Shown here: positions 1-15,079 of the stretch, in pieces
How the letters are laid out: every line of letters begins with the position of its first letter
How positions within the stretch are numbered: the first letter of the stretch is position 1
Source: the human T2T-CHM13v2.0 reference genome, Homo sapiens
NCBI RefSeq assembly: GCF_009914755.1
Contig: NC_060944.1
Length of the DNA stretch: 64,000 nt
Reading direction: 5' to 3' (one strand)
Position numbers and translations under genes: made by a program
Notes under the pieces: generated by a model
What the model saw: the letters and a program-made list of their open reading frames with translations, nothing else
The model's database searches: none
What the model was told of the DNA's origin: nothing

Positions 1-639
1 GGACAAGTGCAAGGTTGTCACTTTTAGACTAAGAAGTGATGCAAAGTAAGCTCTCATGAGCCAAGTGGGAATCCAGCAGCTGCTAAATGGGAATTTTATT
101 TTATAATTAAATTCTTCATTATTTGGCATAACAGGGGCTTTGGCAGGGGGGTTCGTAGCATTCTATATGCTATCCATTTGTGAACATTTGTTAAGCTTTT
201 GTTTCTGAAAACTTTGTAAGAACTTACAAAATGTTCTTTCAAATGCTCCATTTTGCCATCTTGTTAATTAGGCCGTGCTGAAATCAAGTCTACACCCCCA
301 GAGCTCTCTGCTGAGTGGAAGCAAAGAATTTGGCTAATGATATGAGCTGCTCAAGCCAGAAACACACATTTCCCATGAAATACCCCAATAATCAGTTCAT
401 TTCTCTAAGCACTCTACAGAGCACAGGCCTAAGCACCGAAATAGATACATGTACAATCCTGCCAGTGTGTTTGTTTTTTATTAGGGGGAAAGAATCCTTC
501 CTAGTGTTTTTCTCATTGCTTCTGTGATGTGTGCTGGATTTTGAAGAGGCTGGCACATCCCACTCAGCATCAGAAAGAACACAGAGCAAAGTCACAGGTG
601 GTCCTCAGGGTAACTATCAGAGAGTGGCTGTGAAGGACT

Positions 640-1290
640 CTGTTTATCAGGAAAGAAGAAACTGTTTCCTCACCCTGAAAAGATGCGGGTGCCAAGTGGA
701 GGAAACCAAGCTGAAATTCAGGAGAGCCTGGGACCAGGCGTGGCTCAAGGCTCGTATGACATGAGCAAGTCTATTGTTATCTTGTGGGTTTCAGTCATAC
801 CATCTACGCGACTGGCAGAGCTGGATTCCGAATCCAATGTGTGGTTTTCAACCCTCATCCTTGTCTGTGGTGGTCACAGGTCACGGCTGCCACAGCACTG
901 TGTTTCAGGTGAAACAAACTCCACCTCAACACCAGCCCCAAGGCAAGTGTCTGGCCCACACCTGACCAACTGGAGTCCTCTATCTCTTGGCCACAGCAGC
1001 CAGGTCCATGACCTAAGACAGCCTGGGGAGACTCAATAATACCATCCTTGAAATACTAAGACAAAGAGAGGACTTCCTCCCCCAAGCCTTTTGTTACCAA
1101 GCTACCTGAGGCTTAAGGAGTGAGGGACCAGTCTATTAGAGGATGAAGCCAACATCAAAGAAAGCAGGCAAAAGAAAGAGAGGAGATTTTTGATCCTAGA
1201 ATTTGAGCACCATGATCCAGCTACGCCTGAAGCTAGTCCAGAATTTCAGTTACTGAGCTATTTGTCATTTTTAACCAACAGTATTCTGAC
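640..1290 (+). mobile_element. Degenerate MLT1 (ERVL-MaLR) LTR fragments
   Basis: Contains 'gatccagctacgcctgaagctag...tttcagttactgagc', which resembles the MLT1J/K 3' portion. Boundaries approximate. Confidence 0.45.
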
Positions 1291-2224
1291 ACATGTGGAG
1301 ACCAATGTATTGATTCTTCAGAGGCCAGTGTCAGTGTTAAGGGGGACAAGAAGAAACCAGGTCAGGGAAAGGGGAGAATAGAGGGACCTTGAGTGAGAAG
1401 AATGGCTCCAAGCTCAATGAGACCACCTCTATCTCGATCTGCTTTGCATAGTGAGTTTACACATTTTCAAAAAAGAATTAGCTGAAAACCACATAAACAA
1501 AAGCAAACCCCTAGAGTAGATGATTTAAAGTAACGTCTGATCTGCTGTCCTATTTATACTAAGAATAAACAGGCAGAACTTCACTGAAACATTTCTAATT
1601 AAAGTATGAAAATGAAGGTAGAAAATTGAACAACAGAACCAGCATTTCTACTGTGTTTAGCCACTGGTTTCCTTTTTGGTGACCCCCATGATTTCTGGAT
1701 GGCACTGCACCAAACCATTTCTCATGTGCTATGGTAACTATAAAATATAATAACATTAAGACAAGCTGGGTTTTCTTGGCAGCCAAATGGCTAGGGAAAG
1801 ACAGGTTTCCAATGGGTGGAGGCTCTAAGATGCTCAGTGAGTGGCTGCATCTCCAGGGTTTGTGGACCAGCCAGTGAAGAGCTCAGAGTCTTTGCAGAAG
1901 AAGGCAAAGGATGGTGATTCAGAGCTGCATGGAGGAAAGTGGAGAGAAGAAATGAGGAGGGCTTAGAAGTCTCATGGTGATGTCTCCTAAGCTGTTTGCT
2001 GCATGGGGTGCAAAGGAACCTCTTCTCTCGTCACAAAACCTTCAGTAAAATGCATGAGTCACCAGTGCTTAAAGCAATGGATGTAGTCGTTGGGAGAGAA
2101 ACAACATGCTGAGTTCAACTTCAAGGTTGGCCGACAGCATAAACTATGGGTGCCCAGAGGAAGCAGAAGACATTCAATATTTATATCTTTCTCCTCTTCC
2201 CTCCCATCTTCCCACCACCCCTCC

Positions 2225-2352
2225 ACACTGAGAGGGCCATGAGGAGGCAGGCTTTACCTCATTCATCTCCAAGTTCACCCCAGTGCCTGGCCCGCAACCT
2301 GGTCCAAAGCAGACTCAGAAAATGTCTGAGGACTGAGCAAATGAATAAATGA
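2225..2352 (+). mobile_element. L2 3' end
   Basis: 'cagtgcctggc...actcagaaaatgtctg...aatgaataaatga' is a typical L2 tail. Confidence 0.6.
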
Positions 2353-2429
2353 GGGCAACTTGGGACTCCCTAGTTAATTCATTCAAAAAGATGAACAGTG
2401 TAACATAGAGCTACCATGAATTTTAGATG

Positions 2430-2640
2430 AGGGCAAGACCTGAATTCCATCTGGGATCATGCTTCTCATTGCCTCTCACCAGCATGGGGCCATTTATTTC
2501 TGTTTCCTCCCCAAGAAAAATGGGAATAATCATAACATCTAGGTCAAGGATTGTTTAGATATTTCAACAAAGTAATACATATAAGGCTTCTCAGCACACT
2601 GCCTAGCATCCATTAGTATTTGTACTATTGCTAATATTAC
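2430..2640 (+). mobile_element. MIR SINE
   Basis: MIR core 'tgtttcctc...aaaatgggaataat' plus tail 'cagcacactgcctagcat'. Confidence 0.65.
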
Positions 2641-2689
2641 CATGAAAGAATATTAGTGGGTCACCATAGTACATTCTGGGCACAAACCA

Positions 2690-2845
2690 CAGGGCTTTTC
2701 AAATAGAAATGTGTACCCAAATCCCCTGGGAATCTTGTTGAAATGCAGATTCTGATCCACAGGCCTGGGGTGGGGCCTGGCACTCCACATTTCTAGCAGA
2801 CACCATTGATGCCAATGCTGCTGTTCTGAGGCCCATGCTTGGCAT
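2690..2845. mobile_element. MER5-family hAT MITE
   Basis: 'cccctgggaatcttgttgaaatgcagattctgatcc...ggggtggggcctg' is the MER5A/B core. Confidence 0.65.
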
Positions 2846-3722
2846 GGCGAGGCCTCCCACAACCAAGACAGCAGAACAGAGGACAAGCCAACCCACAGCT
2901 GGAAATCATAGCTAACACAGCTCCTTCCCAAAGCAACCGTATCCACTCAATCCTGTAAGACCAAAGGAAATGCCTAGGGAAATCAAAAGAGATCATAATT
3001 AAATGAAATTTTCTTGCATTTTTCTTCATACAGGATTAGTTTCCGTCTCCCCTCTCTCATCCTCCTCTGGCAGCCTCTCCACAGCACCCATTTGTTTGGG
3101 ATGAAATGATGCAGATAGGTGAGTTATCAACATTCCAGACATGGGCATGAATCACCAGCAAACAGTCCACCCTCTGAGTCACCCATCTCTGAGATGATTC
3201 CATCAATACAAAATCCCACCAGAAAACTCCAAAAAGAGGAAAAATGAGCTATCAAGCAAGAAAGGCATGGAGCAATGGGAAGAGAGGATGGCAAGTGAGG
3301 GTGAGTCAAGGCGCCCAGCACTACTTGCACTGGCTCTAGGTGAACTAGCACCACTGAGAGAAGTGGTTCTCAAATTTGGAGGCAACTGCAAAACTTTAAA
3401 CATAGTGATTCTAGGTCCTATCCCTCAGAGCATTTGATTTAATTGGAGGGAAGTGCACACCAGATGGAGGGATTATTTTTAAAAAGCTCCAATGTGACAC
3501 TTCGGAGAACTGGCATCAGTCGGCTCAGGATGGGAATGCCATCAGTGCTGGGCAATGCTCACCCCACTAAGCCAAGGGTTTCCCTTCTGTAAAATGGGAT
3601 GAATAATTTGCTTCAGGACTGTGGTGAACATCACGGATAAAGAGTCCCAACAGTCTCCTTGGCAAACATTCATCATTCCTATGCATTTTCCTGCCAGGAT
3701 AAGACCTTATCTTTTTGAACGC

Positions 3723-3792
3723 ATATCTCATCTATAATTTCAAGCCAATTTAGCAAGTATATCTTATATATAATTTCAAGCCAATTTAGCAA
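3723..3792 (+). repeat. Tandem duplication, about 36-bp period
   Basis: 'tataatttcaagccaatttagcaa' occurs twice, 36 bp apart. Confidence 0.85.
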
Positions 3793-5461
3793 TCACCAAC
3801 TTTGCAATTGCTTGTTTTCAGATGATGTTAGGCTTCAACTATCCTACTTGGCACATAAAACCTGTACCTTCTTTCTGAGCCTACTCTTTCTTCTTCTCCA
3901 AGCCTGAATTTCCTTCTTTTCTGTCAACACAGGTTGAGTGTTTAACATGGACCAGGTGCTTGGAATGCAGCCGAGAATAAGATAGCCCGGTCCTCACAAA
4001 GTCTACAGGGCAGGTAAAGCGACACCCCTTGGACAAGCATAGTTTGGATTCTTCTTAAAGTGAAAGTTTGCAGGGAAAGGGAACAGAAAGCTACAGATGG
4101 ATTGATCTCTTCACTGTGTCTCTTTAACCCAATCGTTTAGCATTTCTGTGCCTCAGTTTCCCCATCTGTAACAGGAATGGTTCTTGTACTTACCAGCTGA
4201 CACTGGGCAGGTAAACAGACTCTGAAGATGATAAGAACTCCTTATCAAGCACGTTTTATGTTAACCAAGACTTTTCTCCCAATCTCAGATCACTTTGCTA
4301 AGGGGGAACTAAAAAGGAAGCAAAGATTTAGTGCAGAGGCAAACAGATTGTTTTCTGTGTTCTAAAGCTCAGCCAGAAACACTTGTGCAGGTAAGAACTT
4401 CCTCCACAACACTGAGGAACAAGAGACAGCATGCCACTTTTAAATCAAATTCTGATGACCCCTATTTATTCCAGACACAAGCAGAGTCAAGGCTCTTTCC
4501 ACTGCAGGCAACAAAATCTCATCTCAAACTTGAGCAAAAAACAGCATGGAGAGGGGATACTTATTCAGGCCCTGCTTCATCTGCGTAGTGAAATGATATC
4601 ATCGGAAATCTTTCCTTCTGTGTGTCCCAAGAACATTCCCTTCTTTTGTTTTTTTCTCTAACAGGTTACTTTTACTATCAGCTCACCAACTCCAGGAGAA
4701 AACCAGCTACTCTTTCCCAGTAGTCTCCCTATTCATGTCCCTCTGCCTCAAAAAACGAATACAAACTTCAGGCCAGCTAACTCAAATCTATGCCAGCCTG
4801 AACTAATCACCACGAGCAGCATCTTCGCTCAGGCCAAGATAAAACCACACCCTGGAGCTAGTGATGGGGCAACAGCCACACCCAAGCCACATGGACCAGC
4901 AGAGACGGAGAGGAAGTCTCCCACAAGAGAATTGGGTGCTGATTCCAAAAAAAAGGCAAGCAAAACCAGTCACTGTCCACCTTTCTCTCTTATTCTACTC
5001 TATTAGTCCCCAACACTTTGGCTCTTTTATAGGCTTTCTTTGCACAATCCACTCATTCTTGCAGGCTGCAGGGGTTCTTTTGCTTGCTCTAAAATACAGC
5101 TGGTAATTTCTAGATGGCAATTTAGTACATCCATTTTAAAATACTAAACCATCTTCTAAAACTTATATCCAAAACCACAGATATACATGATTGGAAAAAT
5201 GCTTAGTTTTGTAGTGAGTATTCCTACAAGTTGAGTTTTTCAGTTCTTTTTTTCTAACATTTAAGGGCTTGCATAAGCTAGCCTGCTAAATGGTTTGTTT
5301 CTCATGCCTCGTCTTGTCCTTGGTTTCATAATACCACTAGACTGAAGCTTTGATTTTTCTGGGCCACAGTACTGCTCAGAACTAATCAAATGGATGTGTG
5401 TTATGAATCAAAAAAAATAAGTAAATAGTATCTTAACTCTTAAAGCAGGAGTATAAAATAA

Positions 5462-6356
<895 letters not shown>

Positions 6357-6799
6357 TAGCAGTTAAAAGACAAATGAAATGAGATAATGTGCCTGTTGCT
6401 CCATTGCAATGGTCAGTGACCCACCTACCCGTATTAGCAGGATGTCCAGACCATGCCCCTGAAGACACTCCAATACCTTCCACTTTTGTTAAGATTACAG
6501 AGGGAAGGTTCAGTTCTGCTCATATCTATCTCCAAGAACAAATTAGGTCCCAGCTTTTTGAGACTAGGGACAACCACAGCGAGAATCCCACTACCCCAAC
6601 ATTACACCCCACCCCAAAGTGGCCCAGACTCCCAGTACATCATGGCCAGGCCCCTTAAACTTACTGAAGCTGCAGACTTCCAGGGCATAAACCTCCCACA
6701 GCTTGGCCTCCTTTTTGGCAACCTAAAACCAGCACTCAGACCTACTCCCAGTTCCATGGCAGACCCAACCTCCACGGGCTATTTCATTCATCCCCTATG

Positions 6800-7000
6800 T
6801 AGGTCGCCAGATAAAATAAAGGATGCCCAGTTAAATCTGATTGCAAATAAACAAATCATCATCTTATATAGTTTAAGCGTATTCCAAATATTGCACAGGA
6901 CATACACTTTAAAAACTGCCATTTATTTGGCAACCCTACAAAGGAAATGAATGAGGTAATTCAAGTGAGATGTGTTTTTATTTGCTAAATCGAGCAACTC
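6800..7000. mobile_element. MER53-like hAT MITE
   Basis: 'ggtcgccagataaaataaaggatgcccagttaaat...tatttggcaacccta' and 'ttttatttgctaaatc'. Confidence 0.6.
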
Positions 7001-7329
7001 CATCCCCACAGCTATTTTCTATTTCTTGGTACTTTTCTTTTCCCTGTCCCTAGGTCTTAGCGGGAACCCCGTCCCCCCAAACCCAGTAAGTCTTTCTAAC
7101 TTGAAATCTCAGGGATGCCTGGCTGGCTGTTTGATTTCCCTCACTGTACTGCTTCCGTCCTTCCCAGGAGCAGCCTGGGCAGTTTCCACATGGAGCAACA
7201 GGCATTCTGGGAACTGAAAGCAGCTCGTAGGACTGGAGCACAGAGGGCTTGTTTAGGAACAGAGAGTGACATGGCTGGAGAGTCAGACATGCCTCGTCAT
7301 GGGGAAAGAAGAACTTTATATGGCATCCC

Positions 7330-7495
7330 GAGGGCTCTGGATGGATTTCTGTAAGTGATGGAATGCCAAAAATGAAATCTGGGCAGTGAAGTAACACAAT
7401 GTGTTGGATGTGTAGGAAAGATGACTTAGGTGATAGAATGGAGCAGTTAGGAGGCGGTGGTAATAGTCCAGGTGAGAGATGGCCAGCTCTGTGAT
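7330..7495 (-). mobile_element. L2 fragment
   Basis: 'agttaggaggcggtggtaatagtccaggtgagagatg' is a reverse L2 motif. Confidence 0.6.
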
Positions 7496-9727
7496 TATTA
7501 ACAGCATCACTCATTTCCATGTCATAGTCTTGACAACCTTCTACACTTGTATCTCATTTTCCTATTAGAATAGTTAAAGGCATTTTTGAATATAATTAGA
7601 TCTTCCTGATCATTCTGTGGAGATCTATGTGCATCATTATCCATCTATTCCTGTTCATGATAAAGATCTCTCAAAATAATCATGGAATTTGCTAGATTTT
7701 ACTGTAATTGGCTATAAAAATACATAAAATCATTGCATTAAAAAAAAAATCCCAGGGAGAAGCAACTGTGTTGTCAACCTTTTCCCTTCCAGAAGCCCCC
7801 ATGGCCTGTTATGTTAACTGGTCCTCTCACCCACATGCTCTGTATTCCAGAAGTAAGATCAGCCTTGCTAAGGTTGTGAAGTCCTACAAAAACTCTGTTC
7901 TCCCCTTTCCCCTGATCAAGGGAGCCTCTTACCTCACACTGGTGTACCTAAGAGAAACCTAGAGCATCTCTCTGGTGGCCTCTCTTGCCGAGAAAATAGA
8001 TACATATTTTAATGCATGCTCTATCTTTGCTCAAGAAACACCTGTTAGTGTTAATATTTACAATTTCTCAAGCAACCACATTGTGCTGGAATCTTCTCAG
8101 GTGTTACTTCTAATCTCAACAACAACCTTGCAAACAGAGTATAACATTCCCATTCTACAAAGGAGAAAACCAAGGCTCAGACAGTCATGTCACTCCTGCA
8201 GCACTCGATTTAGCACTGTATTAAAGCTCCCACAACAGTTAGGAAGATGTGATTCTAATATCTTTCTATTCTCTGAGGTGAGGGATTGTGGCAAACAGTA
8301 ATGACTATAACCATAAAGAGAATTAATATGTGCTGGGAGGCCACCGTACACCAAGCACCATTCCAGTTGCTTTAAATTGACAAACTTATTTAATTTCATG
8401 TTTATTTAAATCCTCTTCATGCCTCAGGTGCCAGACACTGTGCGCTGAAAACTATCTGCAGAGATCTCAATTTGCACCGTTCGAGTCCATCATGCCATTT
8501 TCTCTTTTCATTTTATTTAATCTTCAAAAAAAAAAACCACACACACAGAAATCTTCTTCATTTTGTTGGTGCTGATACTGAGGCTCAGAGAGGCAGGTAA
8601 CTTAGCCAGGGTCACACAGCTAGAAAGCAGCAAAGCCAAGAGGCACGCCCAGGTCTGAGCCCAAAGCCTGAGCTGTTTCTGATGCGAGGAGTAAAATGGG
8701 GGTGAGGGTGGGGGGAAGATCGCCGTCATTTCATCATAAAAACACATTTTCAAAGGATTTGAAAGTGTACACCATTTAATAAAGGAAACACTAGCATGTG
8801 TTTAGAAAATAACCAAACCTCAAAGTCTAAAATGTGTGCCTAATATCCAAGAGCAATTTTGATAAGATGGACACACCCTTTTAATGGATAAATTCAAACT
8901 TCTGAAAAGAAAAAGACCAAAATCTGTCTAGCTTTACTTTCCTATGACTGGATAGCGATTAGATGTTCGGTACACACACAAAAAAAATTAAATTAAATGG
9001 GACAGGAAGTGACTGTTGCTGCTTGGGGGAAAAAGCTTAGTAATTACACATTCTTCAAAATGAAAGGTCAGACTGTCCTACCCCAGTGAAATTGTCACAC
9101 GAGCCATTAGCCATTTAAGCCAATGAAGTTCTGTCTTCGGTGTTTTGATCGATTTCAAAAGCTGTTCTTAGTTTCCAGTGCCTTGCTCTTCTTGGTCCTG
9201 AACACTCTGTGCAGGGAAAAAAGCCACACTAGAAGAGCAAACCACTGCATCAAGTGAACCCTTTATGAGCAGAGATGCTAAATCTGAGACACATTGACCC
9301 ACGTCATTTGCAGTCTGCGTCTTCGCCTCCTTCTCAAGTGCCCAAAGATAACCTGCCTGAAGGAAGACGTGCTGACCAGAAAGAGTTAACACCACTCTCA
9401 GGATCCTCCTGCAGTCTTGTACAGGTGTCATTTTGGGGTGATCTCTGAGCTTTTCTTTAGCAATTCTCATTCTTTGAGAAAGGGCTCTATTTTGAAAGCC
9501 CTTACCAAAATTCTGCATCCCTTAGAGGCAAGGATTTCTCTTCTGGGATTTATCCATAAACAAAGCGGGTTAAGATGGGAGATGCAGAAATGACAGGAGA
9601 TAAGATACAGAACTAGAATCAGGAAGCTGGGTTCTAGCCCTAGGTCTGGCAGTAACCAAATATGTGACTTTAGGCGGGTGGTTGACCTTCATGAGGTCTC
9701 TGTTTCCCTAGGTTGAACTTCATCTGC

Positions 9728-10025
9728 TTTTTTTTTTTTTTTTTTTTTTTTTTTTCAGACAGAGTCTCATTCTGTCACCCAGGCTGGAGTGCACTGGCTC
9801 AAACTCGACTCACCGAGGCGAGGTGATCCTCCTGCCTCAGCCTCCCAGTACCCGAGTAGCTGAGACCGCAGGCACGTACCACCACACCCAGCTAATATTT
9901 TGTGTTTTTGTGGAGACAGGGTTTCACCATGTTGCCTGGGCTTATCTCAAACTCTTGGGCTCAAGCCATCTGCCTGCCTTGGTCTCTCAAAATGCTGGGA
10001 TTACAGGTGTGAGCCACTGTGCCGG
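9728..10025 (-). mobile_element. AluJ with internal deletion
   Basis: Poly-T, then 'gatcctcctgcctcagcc' and 'aaactcttgggctcaag' (AluJ-type). Confidence 0.9.
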
Positions 10026-10470
10026 ACTCATCTTCAGCTTTTAAGCTGAATTGTGGGGTGCTCCAGGGATATAAAGGCAAGGTCATCTGAATCCCCATTC
10101 TTAGACCAATTCTGTGTCTTGCCTGCTGGGTTGAAAAAATATCTAATACCCACATAGGTGTCAGGCACTATTTTAAGTCCAGAAAGGCTTCAAGGAGGCA
10201 GTAAATAGAGTCTGGAAGAAGAGTGAAGAAATCGATACTGGAAGCTGAAGAAAGAACAAGCCATGATTTGTAGTGGCAGAAAGTTTAGCAACATATTCAC
10301 CTGCAATAAGTTAGAAGATAGCGAGTACACCCAACGGCCACTTGAAGTCTGGCTTTGCTGCAGGCAAACGGCATGTGCCACTGCATGGCATGTGCCCAGG
10401 GTGGGCTGTAGAGTGGCTGCAGGAAAACTCCTCTGGGCTCAGGGTCTGAAGCAGGTGGTAGTCCCAGCTC

Positions 10471-10471
<1 letters not shown>

Positions 10472-10514
<43 letters not shown>
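10472..10514 (+). repeat. (CA)n microsatellite
   Basis: Pure AC repeat of about 21 units. Confidence 0.98.
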
Positions 10515-10516
<2 letters not shown>

Positions 10517-10759
10517 TGACTCTTCCGAGGTCAGGAGCAGCACTCTTTCTAGAAAGGAGAACCTTCAGCCTGGAGACTTGCAGCAAGACTTCAGGGCAGA
10601 ACCAAGAGTCTCAGAAGGTTTGGAGGCCTGAATCTGTCCTTGATCATTGCACCCAAGGTAAAGAAGATTTCCATGGTGTCTCCACCTCCCAAGAGCCTAA
10701 GAACCTGTGTAATGACAGAGTGTTTAACCAATGTTGGATGAGCCAGCTCCACTTTTACT

Positions 10760-12270
<1,511 letters not shown>

Positions 12271-12296
12271 GGCTAGGATGGGGGTTTATTATTTGC

Positions 12297-13060
12297 AACT
12301 GAGTCAGGACCCCAGCAGGAAACAGAAGGGCCTTTTAAATTAAGCTAATTCAAATAGAATTTATTCACAAAGATATTATTTACAAAGTGTAGGTGTAGGT
12401 GAAAGGAGTTAGCCAACTTGGGTCCCTGGGGAACCTCTAACCCACCCAGCAAGTGCTTACACTTGTGCAGATGTTTTGTGCAGATAAGGGAACTTGCACA
12501 GGGGGCTCGCCTGAACATGCTCACAACAGACTAAGGGTCTGCAGGTGCACTGGGGGAATGGGGTGACATCACCAAGAATCTGCGCCTTATACAAATAGGG
12601 AACCCAGCCCCGTCAGCATTAGATATATGCATATGCCCTTGTATTCAACTGTGAGGGGGTAATCAGCAACCTGCTTTCCAGGGCCCCTCTCTTAACTGAG
12701 AGCTTTCCTTAATGAATTGTACTCCACTCACTCTTTGATGACCACGTGCCTAATTCTTTCCGGTCGTGAGACTATAACCTGGACTTAGCTAAGGAGCAAA
12801 ATATCCTGCATCATAGGGGAACCACAAGAGACATGGCAGTAACTCAAGGCACTGAGCCCAAGGAGATAAAGAACAAACAGTTAAAGCTGAAAGGAGAGAG
12901 ATGTTAGAGAAGGCAAATTTCAAAAGAGCTATGGGGACACAAGGAGGCAGCCAGAGGAATTCATTGTCCAACCTTACTCACTCATCCCTCTCCCTCACAT
13001 CTCCACTCATGCCCCATGGGCCGAGCCCTATCAGAAGCCAGAGGGCAACAGGCTTGGAGG
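12297..13060 (-). mobile_element. LTR33-like ERVL LTR, split by a younger LTR
   Basis: 'gtcaggaccccagcaggaaacagaagg...tatttacaaagtgtagg' continues after 12817 to 'cagaagccagagggcaa'. Confidence 0.55.
12400..12813 (+). mobile_element. ERV1-class solo LTR
   Basis: TG...CA termini with a perfect 4-bp TSD TAGG (12396-12399 and 12814-12817). Confidence 0.85.
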
Positions 13061-14387
13061 GGTCAGGTCCTCCAGGCATTGTCTTCACAGCTCTGTCCTC
13101 TATCCTGGGCTCTGCACCTAGTATAACAAGTAAATTTCTTTACTTTGTTACAAGTAAAATTGTTTACTTCCAGGGTTTTTTTTTTAACCAGGAATTAGGG
13201 TTACTAAGAGTTAAAGTTTTAACGAATATATAAAGAAACAATTCTGTATATAAAATGGACAAAAAGAGTAGGACATGTTTAGGGCAAGAGAGGTTATAAG
13301 AAAGACATAAATATGTGGTTTTTGTTGAAGCCAGAGTTGAAGGGAGCCTGTGATGTGGTCAGGCCTCCAGGACAGTGGGCAGGTGCAGAGTGGGGAAGAT
13401 GGGTCTGGCAGAAAAACAGAAGATGCCCAGTCCAGCGACCAGGAGCCCTCTGAGTAGTGACCTGGCCATCTTGTTCACCAATGACTCCTAAGGCATGCTT
13501 CAAAGCCTGGCCCAGAACAGGCACTCAATGAAAACTGTTGAATGAAGAAGGCAACTCACAGCAAGTAGATCTGCGGGCAGGCTGCCATTCAGCAGGAGAA
13601 AACTCACAACTCCTGTTTTCTTCAAGGGCCTTGGGGAGCACAGGAACAAGATGCTGTTATAACCCACATTAGATGGTCACCAAACAATTACATAACAACA
13701 AAAAAAACCATAATGCAGCAAGAGCTGATAACTTTAAGCAGAAGAGAGAAAGATGAAAGTGAATCTATGGGCACTGTAGTGGAAGCTTGCAAGATATGTT
13801 CCATTAAAACCCTGCAATTCCGACCAGTAGGTGTTTCCTCACCTTCAGTAAGCAAGAACACTCAAGTTCTGAGGGCTTTGTAAGTTTTCTACGCTCACAT
13901 GGTAAACTGAAATTGGGATTTGAGCTCAGAACTATCTGCATTTTAAATCTGGTGTTTTCCCATGTTGCGGGATGTGGGATAAACTCTGCTCATGTTGAAA
14001 GACTAAAACAAATACGGCTGAGAATAACTTAATAGTTTTAAGAAAATGCCTCCACTCTGATGATGTGTCACAATAGCCACTAACACATTTTCTTTTATAA
14101 GCACTGACAAAAGCAGCTATTAGTTGCCAAATTCATGGCTCCAGACCCCATAAGCAAGTTAATGATTCACTTACTAACCCCCTTGCTGTTCCTTAACATT
14201 TGAAATGAAATGGGCAAAGTGCTTTCATGTACTGTAAAAGAAAGTGGCAGCTCACTAAGTGCAAAGAAAGGCCATTTTTACAACACATTTCTATTTATAA
14301 TTATTGGCATTTGTGCTTTAATGGAAAATGGAAACCCTACTGCTTAACACGTTGAATCCCTCTTAAGAGAAAGCTAAGAAAAAAATT

Positions 14388-14698
<311 letters not shown>

Positions 14699-15079
14699 CT
14701 ACATTTTTAAATAGCCTGGCCGAGTTTCCCAGTAGAACTACTTTTCCTAGAAAACTCAGAGGTGACTTTGAACTACAAAGAAATCCCTTGTCTTTCTTAA
14801 GAACTGGCTTTTCCATGGAAAGCCCCCTGCTATGGGAAGACTTTGCTGACTACAGTAGCATCAGTGATCAGTTCCTCCTCCTCTGAATGGCTTTAGCATT
14901 TATTACAAGCAACTCTTAGTTCTTTCATTAACAAATGATTTTTTGAGCACCTACCCACACCAACTGCTGTGGCAGGTGCAGGGAATAGAGAACGCAGAAG
15001 ATAGAGAAGGGCTCTACCCTCATGAATCTTAAGCCACCAAATAACTAAACAGAATACTACCAATTGTGATAAGAGTTAC

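Noticed and set aside
6453-6950. 165-aa ORF, and 7050-7520 (156 aa, minus strand)
   Set aside because: They run into MER53 or L2 sequence and show no recognisable domain or exon context. Chance ORFs.
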